This document shows, piece after piece, positions 13,308-25,339 of a stretch of DNA of 64,000 nt (positions within the stretch are counted from its first letter, which is position 1; each line of letters starts with the position of its first letter). The translations under genes and the position numbers were made by a program. The stretch is from Neoechinorhynchus agilis (taxonomy: Eukaryota; Animalia; Acanthocephala), in contig CM121341.1 in NCBI GenBank assembly GCA_051530055.1, positions 8,596,784 to 8,660,783 of the forward strand. Reading direction: 5' to 3'. The notes under the pieces were generated by a model. It ran no database searches. It was not told the DNA's origin and worked only from the letters and a program-made list of their open reading frames with translations.

Positions 13308-15017
13308 ATGGAACCTGCCATTTTGGATGAGGTGAATGAACTGATCAACAATGTTCTAAATCAATTGGAAAGCTTCGAATTGCACAGAAGTGTGCAAGAA
13401 GTGGGTTGTAATCGCTCTGACAGCCGTTCTGATATCGAAAGTAAGACGGAACAACATATTTCGCCATTCCCGCTCAACCGCAATGATGATAACTCACAAC
13501 TGTCATATAGTTTCTCCTCGATGAATCAGTCGTTGTTACACACACAAACTCCCTACTCCGCCAAACATCCTCTAATTCGCGTTTGTAACCGGAAACTAAT
13601 GGATCCCTCAGAGTCCATTAATTACCAGGAATTTACACTTGAAGTTGTCAGCGACGATGACGAACCTCTGGTCAGTGACAAGGATGATTTGGCGGAGTTG
13701 AACGTAGAAGACAGCAATGAAGAAAAGAAGCAACGAGAAGGGAAAAGGAAATTCGAGAAACCCAAAATCAACGTTGATGATCCTTTGTTAAAAGGTTTTG
13801 AAGCTGCACTAAGTAGAATTGTGGAAAAGAATGGACTTAACGGTCATACTGAGAGTAATGGAGCCTTTGAATCTGAAGACGCAAATGAGTCAGATCCAAT
13901 CACCAAAAGAGCTTTAGAAAGATTAGAAGCTAGGTTTAAAGAAGTCACGTCCGCTTCAACAAATGCCAACGATCCATTTGCTGGTTGCAGCACATACTGG
14001 ACATCATGGCCCAAACGAACTCCTGTTATTATACCGGCGGACATCGCGAAAGCTAAAGCTGATTCAGAAGTAAGAACGAGCAGGTCGCCAAGTGACCACA
14101 ATGAAATCGATGAGAAGGTAGAGCTTGATTTAGTGAATGATGTTGATAAAGCGATAACTGAAGTGGGTAATGGAGATTCAGGGAACACGTTCGATCAGAT
14201 TGTTTGTGATGGCGATAAAAAAGAAGAAAAGGACGATGAGGAGACGAAATCACGGCCTATTCCAATATCGATTTCACCAAAACCTTTGAATAGAACATGC
14301 ACTTCTCCTAGTTCACAACAGCCCCCTTTTACTGAACTGGAAATCCAAATAGATGAAGATCCTTCGCCGAGAACCGTCCCAATAAAAATAATGGGCGATA
14401 AGAGGCGTTCACTAGAAGTGAAAGATTATCTCTCACGTCTTAATCTTCCAACGGACTCGTGCAGAGAATATGATCGATACAGAGAACCTAGTGAGCCCAC
14501 GTCTTATTCCAACGCCTTGGAAAATCGTCTTAGACTAACTCAAAGACGACCACTCAATGTGAACAGAAATAAAACGAACGTAGCATCTCATGAACCGTTT
14601 TCAACTCTTCCATACAATTCATCAGTTGCATCTTCGTGGAGGTTAACACCCAGTCGACTTGGCACCGGTGCATTAGGCCAGAAGGCGATTGATAGGTACG
14701 AGCGGAGTGTTGGTTTAGATTCAGGATATGGATATAAGCGGCAGGACCGTTCAGTGGCTGATTATAGTAATATAGAAGATCCCGTTATTAGGAGAGCGTT
14801 AATGAGGCTTGATAGTCAATTGAGTCAATCTTCAGCTATGGTATCACCTCTTTCAATCGTCACTCCATCGAACACCTATTTCCAGCGAAGCACTTCCCCA
14901 CTCGGATACGCTGTGAGTGGGACGAGTGAACCTACATCGCCGAACTTTATTCATCGAATTTCCAAGTCACCCCTTAAGATGCCGAGAGTGTTCATTCGAA
15001 AGGGATATAGACATTAA
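13308..15017 (+). CDS. Uncharacterised large S/T/P/D/E-rich protein, main exon
   Basis: About 1.9-kb open frame (13062-15017) in AT-rich DNA. First ATG at 13308 (MEPAILDEVNELINNVL). Low complexity with internal DPxxxRALxRL repeats. No family recognised. Confidence 0.7.
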   Translation: MEPAILDEVNELINNVLNQLESFELHRSVQEVGCNRSDSRSDIESKTEQHISPFPLNRNDDNSQLSYSFSSMNQSLLHTQTPYSAKHPLIRVCNRKLMDPSESINYQEFTLEVVSDDDEPLVSDKDDLAELNVEDSNEEKKQREGKRKFEKPKINVDDPLLKGFEAALSRIVEKNGLNGHTESNGAFESEDANESDPITKRALERLEARFKEVTSASTNANDPFAGCSTYWTSWPKRTPVIIPADIAKAKADSEVRTSRSPSDHNEIDEKVELDLVNDVDKAITEVGNGDSGNTFDQIVCDGDKKEEKDDEETKSRPIPISISPKPLNRTCTSPSSQQPPFTELEIQIDEDPSPRTVPIKIMGDKRRSLEVKDYLSRLNLPTDSCREYDRYREPSEPTSYSNALENRLRLTQRRPLNVNRNKTNVASHEPFSTLPYNSSVASSWRLTPSRLGTGALGQKAIDRYERSVGLDSGYGYKRQDRSVADYSNIEDPVIRRALMRLDSQLSQSSAMVSPLSIVTPSNTYFQRSTSPLGYAVSGTSEPTSPNFIHRISKSPLKMPRVFIRKGYRH

Positions 15018-15870
15018 TAATACTTTAGATAAAGCGTACATTGCACTTATGTAACGAAAGCGCAGACGAGTTCATAGTGTTCTTCGCAAGGAAAAGATAT
15101 AGTTTGCGAACCTCCGAACTTTATAATGCTATTCTTGGGATTTAAATTAGTACCCAACAACCCAAGATCTAAGCAGTGACACTTATATACAATTTGAATC
15201 CTTAGGCCTTTAAATATGAATACTACAAACCACATTCTAAAGTGCATTTATCCTTGCCAATGATCAGCGACACATCCATGGAGTACGGGTAATCCTTAAC
15301 GGGTTTAATTGCAGAGATTTTAGCTCCATTGTTGAATTAATTCACTTGTACAGTTTTCCAATTGAATCACAAAGTATTCGCAAACTGAAATGCGTCGTAA
15401 AGTTGTCCTGATGAAATTTCTTAAGTAACGCTACATGTATTTTTGTATGTACCGAAATGTCAAATTCGAGTTTGTATCCTCAATATTATCCATAATGGAA
15501 TCGCAATTTAACTTGCTCCACGTAGGAAAGCCGATCTTGCGCTCGCATTTCCACAATCCTCTATTTTTCTATTTTGTAATCAACTAAGAATTCCGCTTTG
15601 TAGTTGTCAACGACGCTTCCTATGAGTCATCTACGTTCATCTTTTTAGACATTAAAAAGTCGATAAGCTTCAGAAGTGGATCATTAAGGTTATATAATAT
15701 TAGCACCTCTCTTTAAAAAAGAAAGGTTTTCACTTTTACTCAGACGTACACTAAATTCCGTAAAACTAACAAAATACTCCATGTCGTTTTAAGCGTTAAA
15801 ATACGTTCCTTGTAACAAACGCGCATTTTTTGCCGAGATAACACTGAAATGAACATTTTCGACTTAGTCA

Positions 15871-16990
15871 GACGGACGACCGATCACTATACGCGAGAAG
15901 AAGTGCTTCTCGCAATCTGGGATCAACTGATGAACGTCAGATGCCTTACATGTCTCTTCGATCCCATTACATGACACCTCAACAATCGGAGGAACTTAAA
16001 TCTCCACAATCGCCACGGCGGCTCTTAACCAGTAACGCATTTCAACCCACAAGTGCGCACCGATCCCTGTTCTCAAACAGTAACTCCAACGGCGGGACTG
16101 TTAGTCGATGGGACAAACAACCCGATGAACAACCGAACAATAGCCCAAACATTCGGGTATTACAGCCATTCTTTGATCATTTAGAAAACAGAGAATTCCG
16201 CCGGACCGTCGCTGATACCGTCCGTAGAACAACTCCTGGGAAGCAACATACTACATTCACTTGTGAATATACTCGTCCAAAGAAAGATACCCAGCAAGGG
16301 AGGTCGTCCCAAAGGGCATATTCGAACGTACCGACAACAAATGATGTTCAACGTAAAACTCAATATACAAATCCAGCGGACGGAAGAGAGTCAACACCAA
16401 TCTCAGTCACTCTAAGTGACTGCAATCTTAGACTGGCTACTTCGATGACAAATCTTAAATTAAATCCAGAAGCTTATAAGGAACAAAACCGAACTAGTCT
16501 TGACCGAGATCAGTTAATTCATGATCCACAGGAACAATCTAGTTCGCTGAGAAAAGTTCTGCCGGTAGAGAATAAGGACAACAACGGTAAACAATCTGCA
16601 AGATCTATTGTTAACGAAGAACATAATGTGATTCCCAAAGTGACTGTGACCGCATCGGATGACAAATCTGAAGAACGACCTCGAACCAGTCCACGAAAAT
16701 CATCCACAGTTGCTAGTCGAGTAAGTGTCTTTGAACGTCTAAATTCCACCGAATCAAACACTCCATTGGTAACGTCTCCTAAATTAAAACGAATGGAGCC
16801 ATCCAAAATTCCGACCCGTCTACAGTCTTCTATTCGGAAATCAGTAGCACGACCTACAAATGGAACAGTCGATATTAGTCAACCGAATAAACGAGCAAAT
16901 ACAGTTGCAAAGGATTCAAGCACTGGTCCAAAGCATCAAAAGGTTTCAGTGTTCGAGCGATTGTTCAGGGCTAAAAAAAACGTTGCGTGA
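15871..16990 (+). CDS. Uncharacterised basic S/T/P-rich protein segment, probably the terminal exon of the 13.3-kb gene
   Basis: Over 1-kb open frame extending upstream of the ATG at 15941 to an AG near 15870. Two SVFERL motifs. Composition is similar to the upstream ORF. The splice link was not resolved. Confidence 0.65.
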
Positions 16991-17384
16991 AATAATTTTT
17001 TTCTTTATGCGAAGAAAAGCTACTCGCATATATCTTGGGTTTCAAATGTAAACCTTATTGTGTTACCGCATTTCTGACAATATGCCACTCTCCATTTAAC
17101 ATAAAATAAATGAAAAATCATAGATTTTGGAAGGTTACGGTAACAGCTTCTGTATTTGTTCAAAATGAGTGAGTAATGTATTGTGGAACTGTCCTTATGA
17201 TAATTTTCATTGAGGCGAATGATGAACCGGGTTTGGACTCTCGTGGAGTTTTAATATTTCAAAGAGTTAACAGAAATGCTATCCGATTGCAAAATAGACG
17301 AATGCTCTCAATAGAGCTACTACGAACTTCAAACGAAAATATGCAACGAATTTCACAATTGCAACATTTCTTCTTTTAATCCAT

Positions 17385-19410
17385 TCAAGGTTCATCGCTA
17401 ATGTTATTATTTGGGTCGCGCTTATGAACCCAGCCGAGAGGACGAATCAATTAAGACGAATGCTTTAAAATCGATTCATTGTATCATTTTATCAATTTTA
17501 TTGTTTCGCAAGTTTATTGTTATTTGATTTTTTTTTATGTTATTATTTTGGTCGCGCTTATGAACCCAGCCGAAAGGACGAATCAATAAAGACGAATGCT
17601 TTAAAATCGATTCATTGTATCATTTTATCAATTTTATTGTTTCGCAAGTTTATTGTTATTTGATTTTTTATGTTGTTCTAAAGGATTTTACGAGAGAAGT
17701 CAATTGTATTTTAGGTTATTATTTTGGTCGCGTTTATGAACCCAGCCGAGAGGACGGATCAATAAAGACGAATGCTTTAAAGTCGACTCATTGTATCATT
17801 TTATCAACTTTATTGTTTCGCAAGTTTATTGTTATTTGATTTTTTATGTTGTTCTAAAGGATTTTACGAGAGAAGTCAATTGTATTTTATGTTATTATTT
17901 TGGTCGCGTTTATGAACCCAGCCGAGAGGATGGATCAATAAAGACGAATGCTTTAAAATCGACTCATTGTATCATTTTATCAACTTTATTGTTTCGCAAG
18001 TTTATTGTTATTTGATTTTTTATGTTGTTCTAAAGGATTTTACGAGAGAAGTCAATTGTATTTTAGGTTATTATTTTGGTCGCGCTTATGAACCCAGCCG
18101 AGAGGAGGGATCAATAAAGACGAATGTTTTAAAGTCGACTCATTGTATCATTTTATCAACTTTATTGTTTCGCAAGTTTATTGTTATTTGATTTTTTATG
18201 TTGTTCTAAAGGATTTTACGAGAGAAGTCAATTGTATTTTAGGTTATTATTTTGGTCGCGCTTATGAACCCAGCCGAGAGGAGGGATCAATAAAGACGAA
18301 TGTTTTAAAGTCGACTCATTGTATCATTTTATCAATTTTATTGTTTCGCAAGTTTATTGTTATTTGATTTTTTATGTTGTTCTAAAGGATTTTACGAGAG
18401 AAGTCAATTGTATTTTATGTTATTATTTTGGTCGCGTTTATGAACCCAGCCGAGAGGACGGATCAATAAAGACGAATGTTTTAAAGTCGACTCATTGTAT
18501 CATTTTATCAACTTTATTGTTTCGCAAGTTTATTGTTATTTGATTTTTTATGTTGTTCTAAAGGATTTTACGAGAGAAGTCAATTGTATTTTATGTTATT
18601 ATTTTGGTCGCGCTTATGAACCCAGCCGAGAGGATGGATCAATAAAGACGAATGCTTTAAAATCGATTCATTGTATCATTTTATCAACTTTATTGTTTCG
18701 CAAGTTTATTGTTATTTGATTTTTTATGTTGTTCTAAAGGATTTTACGAGAGAAGTCAATTTTAGGTTATTATTTTGGTCGCGCTTATGAACCCAGCCGA
18801 GAGGAGGGATCAATAAAGACGAATGTTTTAAAGTCGACTCATTGTATCATTTTATCAACTTTATTGTTTCGCAAGTTTATTGTTATTTGATTTTTTATGT
18901 TGTTCTAAAGGATTTTACGAGAGAAGTCAATTGTATTTTAGGTTATTATTTTGGTCGCGCTTATGAACCCAGCCGAGAGGATGGATCAATAAAGACGAAT
19001 GTTTTAAAGTCGACTCATTGTATCATTTTATCAACTTTATTGTTTCGCAAGTTTATTGTTATTTGATTTTTTATGTTGTTCTAAAGGATTTTACGAGAGA
19101 AGTCAATTGTATTTTATGTTATTATTTGGGTCGCGCTTATGAACCCAGCCGAGAGGATGGATCAATAAAGACGAATGCTTTAAAATCGATTCATTGTATC
19201 ATTTTATCAACTTTATTGTTTCGCAAGTTTATTGTTATTTGATTTTTTATGTTGTTCTAAAGGATTTTACGAGCGAAGTCAATTGTATTTTAGGTTATTA
19301 TTTTGGTCGCGCTTATGAACCCAGCCGAGAGGATGGATCAATAAAGACGAATGTTTTAAAGTCGACTCATTGTATTAGTCATTTTATCAATTCTATTGTT
19401 TCGCAAGTTT
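17385..19410. repeat. 176-bp tandem satellite, about 10 full copies plus two shorter (about 137 bp) 5' units
   Basis: Identical spurious ORFs start at 17615, 17791, 17967, 18143, 18319, 18495, 18842, 19018 and 19194 (176-bp period, one unit with a 5-bp deletion). Units look highly similar (about 95% or more by eye). Confidence 0.97.
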
Positions 19411-22400
19411 TTACGACGTAAGTTCATGAAGTATTCACCTTTTTTAATTTTCGAGTTTTATAACTTATTCGCCATGAAGAATTCTGTTTAATCAATTGAA
19501 CCACTTTAAAGTTTATATTGCATTAAACAGATTTGATCTAAACAAAAGAGGTATAAGAAGATCTAATAATCATTAGCAAACATAATGCGTCTTATAGAAC
19601 ACATAATGTATTTCTTAATGCATTGAAGTTCTATTTTCTCTAAAATGGAGTATCAAAGTAATTTCAAATATGGTAAATGTTTGTTTTTGACGTGTTTAGG
19701 TCTAAATTATGTGAGTGGACAAAAATCTTTATTTAAAAATGGTTATTTTGCAATGTCTTTGAATAGAGTTCAAAACTGTTTTCGACAAGATCAAACTTAC
19801 TCGATGTGAGGTAATAACCTTTGAACCATGAATCACAACAGACAAACATTAATGTCTTGTGCATACTCACGAGACTAGCACACCATCTAGAGGGCGATAA
19901 ATTCCACCTTTGCTCATGTCACGGATACATGATTAACTCACAGTCAACGTAAGAGGAATAAATACCTTGAGATAAAACAAATACCGTCGTCTTTATTCCG
20001 TCTTTCAGAAATAACTAAGCAAGGCCGTCAGAATGAAATTAGTTCAATCATTTTTAAAAGGTCTTGTTCCGTTTTCCTAATTTTGCTTGTTTTAATCGGG
20101 TTTTTTGAACACAAATGCAACCAAAGCTCAGAAACTTAGATCCCATGAACTTTTTCGCTTTCTACTACACAGACGACATAAATCTTCACTGTCTTTAAAT
20201 TACACAGGTCGAATTTTTTAATGAAAAAAATGCCGTACGACCTTTAGAAGTGTGTAAAACTCGCAGTATCAAATCAAAAAAAATCCAAATTTTTTTTTAA
20301 TTTCTTATCGACTGATTCATTATGAAAATGTCAAGTTTATTTTGATAAGGTTGATATGGGTGATGAGGCACATCCCGAGATAAGCTTAGGTATATTTGTT
20401 TTTAATGGAACGATTTTAGGTCATGATATATATATTGAAAAAGGTCAAATATCTGTTGCACTATTCATTTCGGCATTTAGAAAAGGTCCCAAAAAATTTA
20501 AAGTTTAATAAGATCCGAACATTTTTAAGATTAAAATGAAAACATGGACTAATCAACGAAAAACATTCCAAAATCACCTTAAAATCTCCGAAATCTCAGG
20601 TTTTCGTAAAAATCGAAGATTTGACATGAAATATTCTTTAATAACGTAGCCCAATCAAACTCAATGTATAGAGTTGAAGACAAAAAGCAATCGCTACGTC
20701 GTCAATGTTGAGGTTGTAAATGTGGCAATGCTCGTAGCGCCCAGAGGGTTAGCAGCGTGAGACGATGCAGTTGGATTTCTCGCGTACCGTAGGAGTTCCG
20801 CTCTATACACCCATACAACACTCTGTCTTCTTTTCGCATGTGTTTCTTCTTTTTGTTAAGACTAAGAATCCTCTTTAAGGACTATCTTGAATTTAGACAA
20901 ATGTTAATCGCACGGAAATGACTGATGTGTGGACGTATAGATCTGAAATTTAAAAATCCTAAATGCAAATATTTGCTCGATCAGGAAAGTTTGAAATCTC
21001 TTGTCAAATATCGTGAAATAATCTACAGCTAATTCAAAAATCATTTTAGATTAAGAAATTAAGATAAAATATTTTTTTAGGTGACCGTAGTTGTATAGAA
21101 GAAGGCCGCGATGGAATATGTGAGAAAATTGAATCGCGTAAGTCGTTTTTTAACAGCGACATCATCAAACCTTGTAGAATATCGATTGCTAAAATATCCC
21201 GATAGTTTGGAACGACATAAAGAAACGTCTTCGTGATTATAAACATAAAGAGAAATTGCGTTCGGCTGGTTAAATACGGTATTATTTCGATCGGTCCTCG
21301 ACATCCGAGAGAGGTCAATCACTGATTGAATCAATTAAAATAAAAAATAAACACGTAAGGTCATAATCCATCGGATGACGATCCCGGGTTCCCGAGTAAA
21401 ATCAACACTCTGTCATATGATTATGACTTTACGTTCTTATTTTTTTTGGATTTGAATTATTTAATGACTGATTCAAGTAGTCGACTTAAACGTGACCTCT
21501 CACTTTCGAGCGTCGAGGACCGCCCAAAATAATAACTTAAATTTTAAATTTAAAAGTATTAGCGAGCGTAAGAACATTAATTGTACAAATGATGTCCAAT
21601 TGGGAGTTGCTGTTCCTCGCGATAAAACATTCAACACATCGAACCCATAAAAATTGTTGTTTCATCCTTTTTTAGACTCCATTCTTTTAATCTTCCTATT
21701 ATAGCACTCTTTTTTGACCAATGAATCTTTTTCATCAATATCACTAATGAAAGAGAGGTCGAAAGTGCACATTAACACGAAGAAACCAAAATCTTAAAGA
21801 TTAGATATTGTAATGTTAAAATATATCGAAAATGTTTCCAAGGGTTAGACGCTTTGGTGGACTACAACACCATTTTTACTGCAATAAAATTATGCGGGCA
21901 AAAAATCTTTTCAGTTCCCTTATCAATATTAAAAAAAGATGAAATGCCTCACACTCAAATCACTAATTGAAAAAAATCATAACGTTTAGGCGGTGAAATT
22001 TTTTTAGAAATACTCGATTTTCCGTACACTAGAAAAAAAGTGAAGATCAATTTGAGACACTCTTAACGCTGAATTCAGCTGCATGAAACCTTTTTGGCTA
22101 TTGTTCTTATCTTTTACAATTGTTTCATTAACTTCAGCTATTTCTGAACCGCTGAATTTATTGGGATTATCCTAATTCTTCATTGAGAAACATCCATTTG
22201 ATCACTAAAAGAAATTAAGTACATTATTTAAATTTATTTGAGAAGAAATCATTCACACCACCGTTCCCTCGGGATCTCTCAAGTGTCGTCCTGGTGCTGT
22301 GACGGTCGAAAGGAAAGGAGGCAGCGTTCTCGCCCGTTGGCTATGTTTCGTACGAGGAATGATCTCGAATCGCCAGTGATTCGTCTCAATCTCTCAGACA

Positions 22401-23161
22401 ATTTATTGACCAAGTCCTTCGCGCCACGGTCCAGCAACTTCGCAATCGCGAATTAAATCCGATGCTCGATTCTAAGTTGCGATTTTTTAAATACTTTTTA
22501 ACTTTGCTTTTCTTTGAAAAAAAATAACGGCACAATCAATGTTCGGAGAAGATATTTTTTAATTTCTGAGCAGATCGACATAACGGCACCTCTATTTTCG
22601 AAGACATTTCCGTGAAATAGTCAGAATTTCGTTTTTACATTTAATCGCTACTGATCAAAAGGTTTCCCATTGTTTTAAATGGATTAAAACGACATTCTTG
22701 AAGTTACTCGAACAACATGCACAATAAGATTCAGAATAAAGCTTTGAAGTTCTTTTTAAGGAAAACGGGAACGTCATCGAAGCTGCAAGAATTTATCTTC
22801 TGACTTGAATTTACGAGGGCCCATCCGAGATGCCTAAGTGATAATCTGCGGGATAATCCCCGATAAGGTGGATCTTTAATTTTGAGATTGTTTTTACTCT
22901 TCTGGGTTTTTTTCTCTCGCAAAGACTAAGCCTTTTTACGTGCTTTCTTTGAATAAGCGACGTGAAGAGTCTTTTCTTCAAAGACGTCAAAAGGGATTTT
23001 TCTTTTTACGCATTAGATTCTGGTTGAAAATACTAAAAGAGCTTAAGAAATGCTTTAATGTTGCGTTTCCTTTTTACGAAGACAAAGGTGTGATAGTATT
23101 ACCTTTCCCCCCCCTCTTTGATCGAACGCTCAGATTTTGTCTCAGTTTGAGATGGTGCAGA

Positions 23162-24191
23162 ATGTCGACGCTTACGAATTCTCAGTTCCGGAAACTTCCA
23201 GCGGCGGCGGCGGAGCAGCTTTTGGCGATCTCCTTTTAAGCTTAGCTTCAACGCTCAGGATGTAAGTGGAATTCGTTTTCCATTTATTTTTGGATTCGAA
23301 CGTCTTTATCAAGATCCGCATAATCTCTGGCGTTGCAAGACTTGGATGGAGCAGAACTGGTCTCTCAGTATAATGATCGCCATTATTTATAGAAATAGAC
23401 GTCTCAAGCTCCTCTAGGACGTCCATTTCCCATACATCGGATTGACATTCCTCGGTGAAAGATTGATGCGGAATCGTGAACCATTCAGCCTTCGTCCACT
23501 CCTCGTCCTCTGGAACCTCTTTCTCGCCGTATTCAGTATCTTCGGTTGTTGTCGCGTTGTTCCTGAGCTTCGTAATTCTCTTATGCTACGTGGAGTCGAA
23601 TACAGCGCTTGTAATATTGAAAACATTCAGGGAATCATCGGGACATGGACTTGGCTTTTTGCGCTTTCCAAAGTTCCTGAACTCTTCGACACAGCTTTTA
23701 TTATATTAAGGAAACAAAAACTGATTTTCCTTCATTGGTTCCACCATGCGACTGTTCTCGTGTATACATGGTACTCGTATCACAACTGGACAGCAACCGG
23801 ACGGTGGTTCATCTCCATGAATTACACCGTTCATGCGTTCATGTACACCTATTACACTTTTAGGGCTCTCCGGTTTAAAATCCCAAGGCGGATCGCAATG
23901 ACTGTCACCATCATGCAACTCAGTCAAATGATCGTTGGCTGTTATGTAAATGCAGTTGCTTTCAAAGCCAAACGTGCTGGTCACTATTGCCATGTTTCCG
24001 ATGACAATATCCGATGGTCCTTCTTTATGTACTTTGCGTACTTGCTCTTATTCACTCAGTTCTTTGTAAGGGCTTATTATGGAGGAAAAAGACGAAAAGC
24101 CGCCGCCGCCGCTGCTGCTGCGAAGGATTCAAAAAACAATAACTCGTTAGAAGGCAAAAATGGAATCATCAAGAAACCAAAATGCGATTAA
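23162..24191 (+). CDS. ELOVL6: ELOVL6/ELOVL3-like fatty acid elongase
   Basis: PFIFGFERL...WMEQNWSLSIMIAIIY/IGLTFLGERLMRNREPFSLR..LVLWN..LAVFSIFG, LSKVPELFDTAFIILRKQKLIFLHWFHH (HxxHH), MNYTVHAFMYTYY. Requires removal of 23391-23435. An ATG at 23162 also needs one less T in the run at 23234-23237; otherwise the start is the ATG at 23346. Confidence 0.85.
23391..23435 (+). other. 45-nt hairpin insertion in the ELOVL coding sequence (candidate AG..AC non-canonical intron)
   Basis: Contains an in-frame TAG (23415-23417). Inverted arms at 23392-23404 and 23417-23429, flanked by a duplicated TA. Exact removal restores the W-x9-Y spacing of ELOVL6. Confidence 0.7.
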
Positions 24192-24255
24192 ATCTTTTTT
24201 GTTTCAAAAATACACAATAAAAAAATAAATGAATGGGTTTTCATCATTTGAGATT

Positions 24256-24500
24256 TGGGGCAGCTTAAATTACTGTTTGACAGTGAGTCTTTGCCAGATG
24301 AACCCCGTTCGCAGCTGGAGCGCTCGGCACTCTCTCTGCTCCATGATCTCTCGAAGAAATTGAGAGAGGCAACCGGAGACTCAAGAGCAGGCGTATTCCT
24401 TCGACAAAATATCGCGCTGGCGGTACAACGGGGCAATGCTGCCAACGTAATAGCGACAGCCGAGGAAGGACAAAAGCTGGAATTTGGTGGGAGGTGGTGA
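24256..24500 (+). mobile_element. Chimeric retro-fragment: about 44 bp of RTE LINE fused to a CRE 3' end
   Basis: 24256-24299 matches 45490-45533 (GGGGCAGCTTAAA..ACTGTTTGACAGTGAGTCTTT.CCAGA). The remainder encodes ALSLLHDLSKKLREATGDSRAGVFLRQNIALAVQRGNAA, the CRE-type C-terminus. Confidence 0.78.
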
Positions 24501-24941
24501 GTGTGTTAATTGTCGAGAAATGAAGATTGATTGAAAAAAAATTCAGAAATCCAATATTGAAGCCAAAAAATCAATCTTCGTCTTTTATTCATTTTCATTC
24601 ATTAAAAGAACTTAAAAAGAACAGAGGCAACATAGAATTGTCTAACGCACATCCCATTCGGTTCTGAGAAATCTCTGAACAAACCAATATCCCTTAAAAA
24701 ATGAATCGAAAATATAAGTTATAAAAATGTATTGGACCGAAAAACGTTTCCGACCAAACGCATTTATTATTGAATTGCACCCTAAAAAATGCTGAATGAA
24801 GCGAAAAATGAAGTGAGTTGTGGTCTATAAGACCGAAAACGTCCACCAAATCAGTACATTTGTAATTTAATAATAAAAAATCACGACTTTTTCCCAGGAA
24901 ATTTATTATTCGAAACTCTTACCCAAATATATACAATGATA

Positions 24942-25154
24942 TCACTCGTTTTTTGAGTGATGTTCCTGGTTCTCCATTTCGTTAAGCGAGACATCCTTCT
25001 CCGGTATTACTTCATGAATTACAAGATCCGAATTATCAGATTGTAGAGCGTCCGGTCCATATATCACACTAACGATTGTTCCCCATAGTGGTTTTAAGAA
25101 TTGAAACCATATTATTAAAAAGAATGGAACGAACATACACGGAATGCATACCAT
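24942..25154 (-). CDS. C18orf32: UPF0729/C18orf32 homolog (70 aa)
   Basis: Diagnostic N-terminus MVCIPCMFVPFFLIIWFQFLKP, compared with the family MVCIPCI.IP.LL.I...FL.P. Confidence 0.85.
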   Translation of the reverse strand: MVCIPCMFVPFFLIIWFQFLKPLWGTIVSVIYGPDALQSDNSDLVIHEVIPEKDVSLNEMENQEHHSKNE

Positions 25155-25339
25155 CTAAAAGATTTGTTTGTTGGTTGCTTTAATCAGTGAAAAAGAAACA
25201 TCAACGTTCAACCATAACACCGAAGAATAGAACATTTTCTCAATAAAAAAAGTCGAAAATTGTTCTCTCGAACGGTATCCAGCTTAACATAGAACGCTCA
25301 AAATACATCCAAATAATAGTTCAAATCGTTATTGTCGAG

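Noticed and set aside
17615-19421. Nine near-identical 74-aa ORFs; possible gene array or CRISPR
   Set aside because: They are by-products of the 176-bp satellite. Units are contiguous with no unique spacers and no cas genes, and the context is eukaryotic.
19871-19886. CTCF-like motif CCATCTAGAGGGCG
   Set aside because: A single imperfect short match, expected by chance in 64 kb.
23172-23426. 84-aa antisense ORF spanning the ELOVL hairpin insert
   Set aside because: No homology recognised. Most likely an antisense shadow of a GC-richer coding region.
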